Shown in pieces: positions 8,857 through 16,367 of a DNA stretch of 32,000 nt. This DNA is from Candidatus Lokiarchaeum ossiferum (GTDB taxonomy: Archaea; Asgardarchaeota; Lokiarchaeia; Sigyniarchaeales; Promethearchaeaceae), in contig CP104013.1 of assembly GCA_025839675.1 (NCBI GenBank), positions 2,610,001 to 2,642,000 of the forward strand, in the 5' to 3' direction. Each line of letters begins with the position of its first letter. Position 1 is the first letter of the stretch. The notes beneath the pieces were generated by a model. The model was given only the letters and a program-made list of their open reading frames with translations, ran no database searches and was not told the DNA's origin. Position numbers and translations under genes: made by a program.

Positions 8857-10083
8857 CTAATTTTTGTTAGATTCTTTATGTCGAGTCTCAATTTTTTTTA
8901 CGTGATTTAATAATTCTGTTTTTTTCATTCGTACCAAGGCCGTTTTGTTGTACTCGTTTGTTTCATCATTATCTAAGATCCAATGAACTATATCGACTTT
9001 CTTTGTCCGAATATAAGGTACTTCAGTAGAAGGACTAGATTTCTGACTTACAGATTTAGATTTGGTAGATTTTTTAAGAGATATTTGGTGAGCTTTAGCA
9101 TCTTCTTCTGCTTTCTTAGGATCAATTCCCTTCGCTTTCTGCCATTCAAGTTTCATCGTTTTCAATGCTTCAATCAATAATGGCACATGTTCCTTTTCAT
9201 AAATATTGGGAGACATCACACCTTTCTTGGTTTCCCAACGCAAACCTTGTGTATTGCCTAACGAATATTCGGTTGTCATGTAACGCTGTAAATTTCTTTG
9301 CCACCAATAAAAGCGCAACCATTTTTTTTCAGGATTTTCTTTCGCATAGATGGTGACTAATGCTTTCCAATCAGCCATAGTGGACCGAACACTAATTCCA
9401 TAGCTGGGAAGATAGAAATTTACAGGAAAATTTGTAGAGTAACTTAAAGGAAGTGCTTCTGAAGGATAATCAAATATTGGATGTCCTTCATCCAATACAA
9501 TGATTTCTCCACAACGTTCACATTCATAATATCGCTTGTTCTTACTTTTCTTCATCTTCCATTTACATTTTGGACAGATACGTTTCTTTAAATCAAATAC
9601 AAAATATTTATCTTCAATACCTGCACGTTCTGGAATCGGATCAAAGCTTATGGTGACATTTTCCTTAGGATTAAAATTCTCATCAAAATCTTCATTAATT
9701 CGGTTAAGGACAATCAAAATATTTTCTAATTCTTCAAAACTATCTATTTTGAACATCCCTGCATGGACATTGATCGATTTTTTCCACCATGAAATTCGCA
9801 GATATTTAATATTAGGAAAGTTGGGAGAATGACACATAAGTACAGCAATCCACCACTTGTCACGTTCTCTGGCAACAGTGATCCCAGAATCAGCAACTTC
9901 CCACTTAGGATTGAGGGCAGTATTCTTCATGAAAAATTCCCCATCTTTCAAAATAGATTCTTGGACTTCTATTTTTTCTTCTTGTATCAGACCACGAAAG
10001 ATTTTCCTACAATTAGAACAGTTCATTACCCCAGGTACAAGTTCTACTAACTCCCCAATCCCACAGCTCGGACATTTTGTCAT
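8857..10083 (-). CDS. operon gene 2: protein with two zinc-ribbon plus Trp-rich-domain modules and a basic linker
   Basis: Ribbon 1 is CPSC..x14..CSNC (aa 4-25) and ribbon 2 is CPKC..x14..CERC (aa 170-191). Each is followed by a ~90-aa domain containing DKWWIAVL...YLRISWWKK or DWKALVTI...WLRFYWWQR. A K/S-rich linker and a small helical C-terminal domain follow. Confidence 0.85.
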   Translation of the reverse strand: MTKCPSCGIGELVELVPGVMNCSNCRKIFRGLIQEEKIEVQESILKDGEFFMKNTALNPKWEVADSGITVARERDKWWIAVLMCHSPNFPNIKYLRISWWKKSINVHAGMFKIDSFEELENILIVLNRINEDFDENFNPKENVTISFDPIPERAGIEDKYFVFDLKKRICPKCKWKMKKSKNKRYYECERCGEIIVLDEGHPIFDYPSEALPLSYSTNFPVNFYLPSYGISVRSTMADWKALVTIYAKENPEKKWLRFYWWQRNLQRYMTTEYSLGNTQGLRWETKKGVMSPNIYEKEHVPLLIEALKTMKLEWQKAKGIDPKKAEEDAKAHQISLKKSTKSKSVSQKSSPSTEVPYIRTKKVDIVHWILDNDETNEYNKTALVRMKKTELLNHVKKIETRHKESNKN

Positions 10084-10145
10084 ATTTGATCAGTTTCTCA
10101 CTTTAAAATTAATATTTTTTTATTCTCAGGAAAAATAGATGTTGT

Positions 10146-11300
10146 TCAATCATCGTCATCATCATCAAGTCCTTCTTCAATTATTAATCGCTCTACATCT
10201 AAATTTATTATTTTTAATTCCTTCTTGGAATAATCTGCCAGGGTTGTGCTGATTTGTTTTAACGCGTTCCGAGCTTCAATTAAGAGATTTTTAATGATTT
10301 CTGAAATATTATCTTCATCATAGGTAGATTTTGTAATAAAAGTCATATAGGGCATAATTTGTTTTTTACCAGAATAATATGCGCGTAATTTATCCATTTT
10401 TGCATTTATTTCATCAAAAGTTAGCTTTAAACCAATTAGGATGTTGAATGTATTTCTCCATTCTTGATATTCTTCAGGTATTTCATCCTTTGGAAATTCG
10501 ACCCGGAATTTTGAAGATAGAGATTTTTTTCGGGATTTTTCCTGAAGATATTTAAGAAAATCCGTTTTTTTCAAGTCCTTTGCCTTTCGGAATTTCTTCA
10601 TCATTGTCGATTTATAAATTTCTTTATCATACAACCCCAGATAATCATTCAAATCTTGTTCAATTTCCGTGTATTTATCCGCCATAGCTCGAATCATAAT
10701 TTCGATTCGTAAAGCTTGATAGGGATTTCCAAGTTCCTCTATTATATAATAAAAATCATCATCGATAACATAATAATCGCCGTATTTATGAACTAATTCA
10801 TGAATAACGGAAGTTTTAGGACACATCATTGCACGCAACCTTTCCAATGATGCATGAATGCGAACTTGAGTCATTTCCCTTATATCGGGGACAATCACTC
10901 GTTCTAAGAGATTTTCTTGGAAAAATATATGTACTTCTTCTTCCGATTCAGATAGTTCTTCTCGGGCCAATTTAAGCCCACTCGCTAACCGAATTTTGAT
11001 ATGATCCCCTTTCATTTGAAAAACAGAGTGATTTTTAATGTTTGTAATAATGTGAAATTGAAATAGAGATTTTATTAAGTCTGGAGAGCAAATTCGCCTT
11101 AGATCCCCCGCAGTGGGTTCATCGACGTCCATAATGGTTTCAAATTCATCCATCAAATCATCGTCCAAAAGATCTTGAAATAATTCTTTCCGTAAAATAA
11201 ACATGTAAAGAGCAACGTATCGGAGATCGGGAGAATCAAAGACATCTTCTAACAATTCCCTATCATATTCCATTTCCAAAGTTTTATGTTGTTCAGCCAT
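10146..11300 (-). CDS. operon gene 1: hypothetical acidic protein with an HExxH motif and a hexa-Asp C-terminus
   Basis: The track ORF starts at TTG 11312. The ATG at 11300 (MAEQHK...) has GGTGG 5-6 nt upstream. It contains SVIHELVHKY (HELVH at 10788-10802) and ends EEGLDDDDDD. Confidence 0.82.
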   Translation of the reverse strand: MAEQHKTLEMEYDRELLEDVFDSPDLRYVALYMFILRKELFQDLLDDDLMDEFETIMDVDEPTAGDLRRICSPDLIKSLFQFHIITNIKNHSVFQMKGDHIKIRLASGLKLAREELSESEEEVHIFFQENLLERVIVPDIREMTQVRIHASLERLRAMMCPKTSVIHELVHKYGDYYVIDDDFYYIIEELGNPYQALRIEIMIRAMADKYTEIEQDLNDYLGLYDKEIYKSTMMKKFRKAKDLKKTDFLKYLQEKSRKKSLSSKFRVEFPKDEIPEEYQEWRNTFNILIGLKLTFDEINAKMDKLRAYYSGKKQIMPYMTFITKSTYDEDNISEIIKNLLIEARNALKQISTTLADYSKKELKIINLDVERLIIEEGLDDDDDD

Positions 11301-11468
11301 TAGAACCACCAAGGGGAAATACCACTAATTTGCGGTAGAGGTCGTAAAAAAGATAAGTTGGTTAATGTTTATTTACCAAAAAAGTTTTCGTTTTTGACAA
11401 TAAGACAACGGTGTAGCTAAAGGTAAAAACTTTGAAAATCAACAAAAACTAATTTTAATTGAAAACCT

Positions 11469-11783
11469 ATGGAAGCGAAGCAATTCATTTATGTGTTAAA
11501 ATTAAGACAAGATCTACTAAAAGATGAAAACTGGACAAAATTTGATGAAAAAAAAGTTGAAGAACATTTCATTCGGTTAAAACGCGATACTGAAGCAGGA
11601 AAAGTGATTTTAGCAGGACGTACTCTGACTGATGAAAATCCTGAGGGATTTGGTATTGTTATTTTCCGCGAAGATTCCATTGAGAAAGCACGGGAATATA
11701 TGCAGGAAGACCCATCAGTAAAATCTGGAGTAATGACCGCAACACTCTACCCGTATAAAGTAGCCTTACAATCAAAAAACTAA
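11469..11783 (+). CDS. YciI-like (YCII domain) protein
   Basis: 104 aa. FIYVLKL...HF..L......GKVILAGRT........GFGIVIF..DS.E.A.E....DP....GVM...L.PYK matches the YciI family pattern and length. Confidence 0.75.
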   Translation: MEAKQFIYVLKLRQDLLKDENWTKFDEKKVEEHFIRLKRDTEAGKVILAGRTLTDENPEGFGIVIFREDSIEKAREYMQEDPSVKSGVMTATLYPYKVALQSKN

Positions 11784-11811
11784 TGGAAAGTGAAAAAAAG
11801 AGAAATATTTC

Positions 11812-12399
11812 TTATTTTCTCCTAAAAATGCCACTATATTCTTTTTTTGTTATTGAGAATTTTATTTCTTCCATGCCAATATTTGTGAATAATGCACGAA
11901 TTTCTGAAACAGGCATGCCATGATGTTGCAATATTGGTTCTTTCACATATATTCTTCCATCTAATGTTAATAGGCCTTTAAAACTTGCAGCAACATCATC
12001 CAATAAATGTTTAGAAACCTCATGAAGGCTGGCATGGATAAAGATTCTCTCAAATGATGATTTGGGAAGATTCATTTTAGGTAGATACCCCAATTTGAAC
12101 TGAACATTCGGAAAGTGACGGAGGCGTTTCATAGCCTTTTTCATCCAATATTCAGATATATCAACACAAGTAAGAATTCCACCTTTGGAGAGAGATTTTG
12201 CCAAATGTTTAGATACAGATCCGGCACCGCATCCAAAATCAAGTATCTTTTCTTTTCCTTGCAATTGCAAGGATTTTATATATTGATGATTTTTCCTACT
12301 GTTAAAGATATTGAATATCATATATTCCAATACAACAACAATTTTCGATTCGGCCATGCACTCTGAGTTTTTATAAAGTTCAAGAGATTCTAATGACAA
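11812..12399 (-). CDS. class I SAM-dependent methyltransferase
   Basis: Motif I is ILDFGCGAGSVS, with acidic post-I (VDIS) and post-II regions. The TTG start at 12399 is preceded by AGGTGA with a 6-nt spacer, 12 nt after the permease stop. It is therefore the third gene of the ABC operon. Confidence 0.8.
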   Translation of the reverse strand: MSLESLELYKNSECMAESKIVVVLEYMIFNIFNSRKNHQYIKSLQLQGKEKILDFGCGAGSVSKHLAKSLSKGGILTCVDISEYWMKKAMKRLRHFPNVQFKLGYLPKMNLPKSSFERIFIHASLHEVSKHLLDDVAASFKGLLTLDGRIYVKEPILQHHGMPVSEIRALFTNIGMEEIKFSITKKEYSGIFRRK

Positions 12400-12411
12400 T
12401 ACATTTCACCT

Positions 12412-13074
12412 TCAAAATTGTTTTCGATTCATCAGAATTGAAAAGATCAATATAATGATTATCGTAAAGGGCACTCCAATCAAAGTTGAGAAGATTACGG
12501 GGTTTATTGATTCAATAATCAAGCTTGGGAGCATAGAAGCAATTGATAATTGATTTCCAACAAATATTGCAAGAATTGCAGCAACCATCACTGAATTCGC
12601 TAATAGACCAATTAAGATTCCTGCTGAAGTTGCAATGGCCATAGCCATCATTGAAATGACTATACTTTCCCATAAATTCTCCAAGACTATACTCATTTCT
12701 AATTCAAGAGTAATAGAATCAATAAGTACTCCAAGAATTAAACTAAAAACGGAAGCGATAATCAAACACACATAAGTGGCTAAAAACTTTGCAATTAGCA
12801 AATTATGGCGTTTTATTGGACGAATCAGGAATAAATCATATACATTTTTATTTTTTTCATTTACAATGGTAGTGCTAAGCATTACGGAAGCCAGAGTACC
12901 TCCAATTTGTGCGAGCATTATTCCGACAAAGGGAGTAATTGGAAGTCCTTCCAAATCAGGTTGAATGAAATGCATGAGAATGGATAACATTGGCATTCCA
13001 ACCCATAGAACTATCATCACACTCGATTTATAAAATCCACGTAATTCATCTTTGAAAAATAACCATAAGCTCAT
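12412..13074 (-). CDS. ABC-2 type transporter permease
   Basis: 220 aa, about six hydrophobic helices. Its ATG overlaps the stop of the upstream ATPase gene (TAATG). Confidence 0.75.
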   Translation of the reverse strand: MSLWLFFKDELRGFYKSSVMIVLWVGMPMLSILMHFIQPDLEGLPITPFVGIMLAQIGGTLASVMLSTTIVNEKNKNVYDLFLIRPIKRHNLLIAKFLATYVCLIIASVFSLILGVLIDSITLELEMSIVLENLWESIVISMMAMAIATSAGILIGLLANSVMVAAILAIFVGNQLSIASMLPSLIIESINPVIFSTLIGVPFTIIIILIFSILMNRKQF

Positions 13075-14039
13075 TAATATTGTCCCTCCACATATTTCAA
13101 ATACACATCTTCTAAGCTTGCTTTGAGAACATTAAAATTCAACACATTGCATTTTTGTTCAGCGATTAGAGTCAAAATCTCATTAGTAATTTGATCTAAA
13201 TCACTACTTGCCGGAAGATGAACAAGAATTTTATTTGAAGAAACATTTTCAACAGATTGTACACCACTAATCTTTTCTATGCCTGTACAATTACTGATTG
13301 CTGATTTGTAGACAATTTCAATATCATTACCAACCTTGAATTGATCTTGCAATTCTTGAGGTGTTCCAACTTTCAATATTTGTCCATTATTCAAAATCCC
13401 AATTTGGGTAGCAATTCCTTGCACATCACTAAGGATATGAGAAGAGAAGAAGATAGTTATATCTTTTTCAGCTAATTTTTGGATGATCTTTCGCATTTGG
13501 TAGCGACTGGATGGATCTAATCCAGTCATTGGTTCATCTAAAACTAGCACTTCAGGGTCATGAAGGAGTGCTTGAGCCAGTAATAGCTTTTGTTTCATCC
13601 CTCCTGAAAGATGGACAATTTTTCGATCTTTTACATCCGGTAATCCGACTAATGATAGCACTTCGTCAATTTTATTATCTAAAATCGATGAATCCACACC
13701 AGAGAGTAATCCAAAAGTACGTAGTGCATGATTGACCGTCCTCCATTCTTGGAATCCTACTGATTGGGGTAAGTATCCAATTAATTTGTGAACTTCAAGA
13801 CGATTTTTAATCAAATCATGCCCATTGATAGAAACTGATCCAGCAAAATCATGGATTAATCCCACTAAGATTTTAATGGAGGTGGTTTTTCCAGCCCCAT
13901 TCGGTCCAATATAACCAAAAATTTCACCTTTTTTAACTGAAAGGTTAACACCACTTAACGCTTTAATAGTGCCACCATTATACGTTTTGGCAACACTATG
14001 GAATTTAATACAAGGTTCTTTAGCTAAATTTGCAGACAT
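13074..14039 (-). CDS. ABC transporter ATP-binding protein (ABC-2/exporter type)
   Basis: Walker A is GPNGAGKTT, the signature is LSGGMKQKL, Walker B is LVLDEP and the H-loop is SSH. Confidence 0.93.
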   Translation of the reverse strand: MSANLAKEPCIKFHSVAKTYNGGTIKALSGVNLSVKKGEIFGYIGPNGAGKTTSIKILVGLIHDFAGSVSINGHDLIKNRLEVHKLIGYLPQSVGFQEWRTVNHALRTFGLLSGVDSSILDNKIDEVLSLVGLPDVKDRKIVHLSGGMKQKLLLAQALLHDPEVLVLDEPMTGLDPSSRYQMRKIIQKLAEKDITIFFSSHILSDVQGIATQIGILNNGQILKVGTPQELQDQFKVGNDIEIVYKSAISNCTGIEKISGVQSVENVSSNKILVHLPASSDLDQITNEILTLIAEQKCNVLNFNVLKASLEDVYLKYVEGQY

Positions 14040-14079
14040 TGGTATTTCTTCGGTTCTCCGTTTATCATTTAATTTTAAA

Positions 14080-14119
14080 TATAATGATTACAAAAATTTA
14101 AAATAATGTAATGATTACA
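14080..14119. promoter_or_regulatory. two operator-like palindromes in the divergent ABC/ArsR intergenic region
   Basis: TGTAAT-G-ATTACA is a perfect 6+1+6 palindrome at 14107-14119. TATAAT-G-ATTACA at 14080-14092 differs by one mismatch. The centres are 27 bp apart. A further inverted repeat, TATAGAGAAAT (14125-14135) and ATTTCTCTCTATA (14164-14176), flanks the putative regulator promoter. Confidence 0.45.
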
Positions 14120-14206
14120 AATATTATAGAGAAATGCAACCATAAAAATCTTTTCATTGGTCAATTTCTCTCTATAATGAACTCAACATGAGAATGCAAA
14201 CATCAG

Positions 14207-14917
14207 ATGCATAAAGAGAGAACTTATATGAAATCCGAAAAAGAGTCACCTAATCCAAATCTTAACGATAAACAAGCTAAATCCATTTTAATTGATCGAG
14301 AACAATTATTCGAAATTTTAAAAAACGAAATGGATTTAGAAATTCTCCTCTTACTTTTCATGCACCATGAACTTAATTTGACTCAGTTAGCGGAAATTTT
14401 TCACAAAAGTAAAGCAACAATTTCCCGACATTTGAAAAAAATGGTTGAAATTGGTATAGTCGATTTTAGATCTGAAAAAATTCGTGGTGTAGAAGCAAAA
14501 TTCTTCCATGCTGATTTTCAACAATTTTTATCAATAAAATCCTATAGTATTGAAGACACCAAGAAAATGGGTAAAGAAGATCAAGGAGTACGGCAATTAG
14601 AGAATATTCGCGACGTCATATTGTCTTTACTTATTTTTGGAAAAAAAAACCTGGATGATATTTCAGATTATTTAAGAAATTTGTCTAGCGGAGTAGATGG
14701 AGAATTGGTTAAAATGTTTAGTAAAGAACCTCCTTTTTCATACACTATTAATTTTTTAACTGAAGAACAATATCAAAAGTATAAATTAATACAACAAGAA
14801 ATTGGGATGAAAGTGTGGCAAATGATGCAAGAAACAAAAACAAATAATGCAGACAAACCATATTTTGTAATAAATGGAATTTTTCCCCATAAATCCTTTT
14901 TAAAAAAAACAAAATAG
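14207..14917 (+). CDS. ArsR-family winged-helix transcriptional regulator with a C-terminal extension
   Basis: The HTH is LNLTQLAEIFHKSKATISRHLKKMVEIGIV. An alternative ATG lies at 14228. The gene is divergent from the ABC-2 operon. Confidence 0.8.
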   Translation: MHKERTYMKSEKESPNPNLNDKQAKSILIDREQLFEILKNEMDLEILLLLFMHHELNLTQLAEIFHKSKATISRHLKKMVEIGIVDFRSEKIRGVEAKFFHADFQQFLSIKSYSIEDTKKMGKEDQGVRQLENIRDVILSLLIFGKKNLDDISDYLRNLSSGVDGELVKMFSKEPPFSYTINFLTEEQYQKYKLIQQEIGMKVWQMMQETKTNNADKPYFVINGIFPHKSFLKKTK

Positions 14918-14985
14918 AGTAATCTACTCATTATTGCATTTTCCTCCTGAATTTCAAAGGATATTCATTATCTATACTCATAATC

Positions 14986-14997
14986 TTTTTATATATT
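14986..14997 (+). promoter_or_regulatory. TATA box for a probably leaderless DsrE-like transcript
   Basis: TTTATATA at 14988-14995 is centred about 24 nt upstream of the ATG at 15015. No SD motif lies between them. Confidence 0.4.
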
Positions 14998-15014
14998 TTA
15001 ATCCAATTCTATTT

Positions 15015-15365
15015 ATGGTTCTTTTTACAATTTTTGTAGGCACTGGTCCTTATACAGTGGAACGTCCATATACGGCTTTGCGTTTTGCCTATACAGCTCT
15101 ATTAGATGGAAATTCAGTCAAAATGTTCTTCTTTGAAGATGGTGTTTTTGCTCTAAAGAAAAATCAAAATCCTGCTAATGTTTACAATGTTGGTGAGTGG
15201 GTCTCTCAATGTTTAGAAGAAGAGAATATGGAAATTGCAGCATGTGGTGTGTGCACAAAAGCCCGAGGTGTGGATGGATCCGAATTATTCGATGGAATTC
15301 AAATTGGAACCATGGAAATGGCTGTCGAATGGACGAAGCAAAGTGATAAACAGCTCTTTTTCTAA
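15015..15365 (+). CDS. DsrE/DsrF-like sulfur-relay family protein
   Basis: MVLFTIFVGTGPYTVERPYTALRFAYTALLDGNSVKMFFFEDGV...IAACGVCTKARGV matches the DsrE family pattern at about 116 aa. The track ORF start (TTG 14934) adds an implausible N-terminal extension. Confidence 0.78.
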   Translation: MVLFTIFVGTGPYTVERPYTALRFAYTALLDGNSVKMFFFEDGVFALKKNQNPANVYNVGEWVSQCLEEENMEIAACGVCTKARGVDGSELFDGIQIGTMEMAVEWTKQSDKQLFF

Positions 15366-15387
15366 CAAATTTTGAAGGTCCTAAGCT

Positions 15388-15615
15388 ATGAAAATTGATC
15401 GTATTTTGAATGTCAATGGGAAAGTTTGTCCAATGCCAGCAGCATTAACCCGAAAAATGTTAAAACAAATGGGTTCTCATGAAACCATTGAAATTGTGGG
15501 AGATTTTGATCCTGCTCTTGTAAATGTAGTCAATATGATTACTAAAAATAAAGCAAAAGTACTAGAACAAGAAAAAAGCAATAACTATTTTAGAGTATTG
15601 GCAGAAAAGATGTAA
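15388..15615 (+). CDS. TusA/SirA-like sulfurtransferase
   Basis: 75 aa with the conserved CPMP (CPxP) motif near the N-terminus and the typical two-layer alpha/beta length. Confidence 0.8.
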   Translation: MKIDRILNVNGKVCPMPAALTRKMLKQMGSHETIEIVGDFDPALVNVVNMITKNKAKVLEQEKSNNYFRVLAEKM

Positions 15616-15658
15616 AATACTCCATAAATATGCAATAGACTATAAAATTTCAAATAAT

Positions 15659-16282
15659 TTACTTTTTATCCATTTTTTCAAAATTTTTCATAAGTTCAAC
15701 CAATTCTATAATAGCGGGATGATTTGGATCAATGCGTTTGCTGAGAATCCAATCTTTAATTTCTGTTGGATTTGATCTATCTAATTGAGCTGCAAGAAAA
15801 TCACCCTTTCTTTTATAGAAAATCAAAAATCCCCCTTCAATTTCTTCAATATAATATTGAAGACCAAGTAAATTTGAAGCATTAATGGTAAATTGATAAT
15901 TATCTCGCATGGGTTTCGGATAATTTGCTTCATATTTTAAAACAACATAATTTTGATGGGGAAATTCTCCAAAGGTATTAATAGCCTCGCTATCATTTCA
16001 TAAGAATAAATCAGCAAATGGGAGATGATTATCTTTTACAGTTTCGATAATTCTCACAAATCTCTCAAAACTATTTCTATAACAATTTGAAAAATACTCA
16101 AATGATGGGTATTTAACAGTAAAGCTTAAACTATCACCATTGTTATGCCACTCCGTCTCAACGCGATGAGTTCGGACGAAACGAGATCTAACGATCTCCA
16201 AAATTTGCTCTTTAGATAGAGATTCCTCAAGAGTTGAGATAAGAGAAATATTAATGTAAGGAGTAATCAAAATTGAAATCAA
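15659..16282 (-). pseudogene. single 208-codon reading frame interrupted by one in-frame TGA, with no ATG start (pseudogene or recoded gene)
   Basis: Track ORFs 15998..16282 and 15659..15910 are in the same frame (372 nt apart). The 29 codons between them (NDSEAINTFGEFPHQNYVVLKYEANYPKP) contain no stop, so the only interruption is the TGA at 15998-16000. The upstream part starts at TTG only. Confidence 0.5.
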
Positions 16283-16297
16283 GAATACTTGAGTATG

Positions 16298-16311
16298 AAT
16301 TTATATAAATT
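16298..16311. promoter_or_regulatory. palindromic TATA element between divergent genes
   Basis: AATTTATATAAATT is a perfect 14-bp palindrome. It lies about 22 nt upstream of the minus-strand TTG at 16282 and about 63 nt upstream of the plus-strand ATG at 16368. Confidence 0.35.
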
Positions 16312-16367
16312 TAATTTCTTTTTCAATTGCCAAATTTTTTTTGGTTTCCCCCATGCTAAGTATATAG

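Noticed and set aside
14934-15014. N-terminal extension of the DsrE-like ORF from a TTG start (MHFPPEFQRIFIIYTHNLFIYFNPILF...).
   Set aside because: DsrE-family proteins begin right at the first beta-strand (MVLFTIFVGTGPY...). The extension contains the TATA box itself and would add an unprecedented hydrophobic leader.
15998-16000. Selenocysteine as the explanation for the in-frame TGA.
   Set aside because: There is no CxxU/UxxC-like redox context. No GC-rich hairpin candidate exists in the very short AT-rich 3' spacer. TGA is used as a genuine stop by other genes in the window. It remains a low-probability alternative in the corresponding finding.
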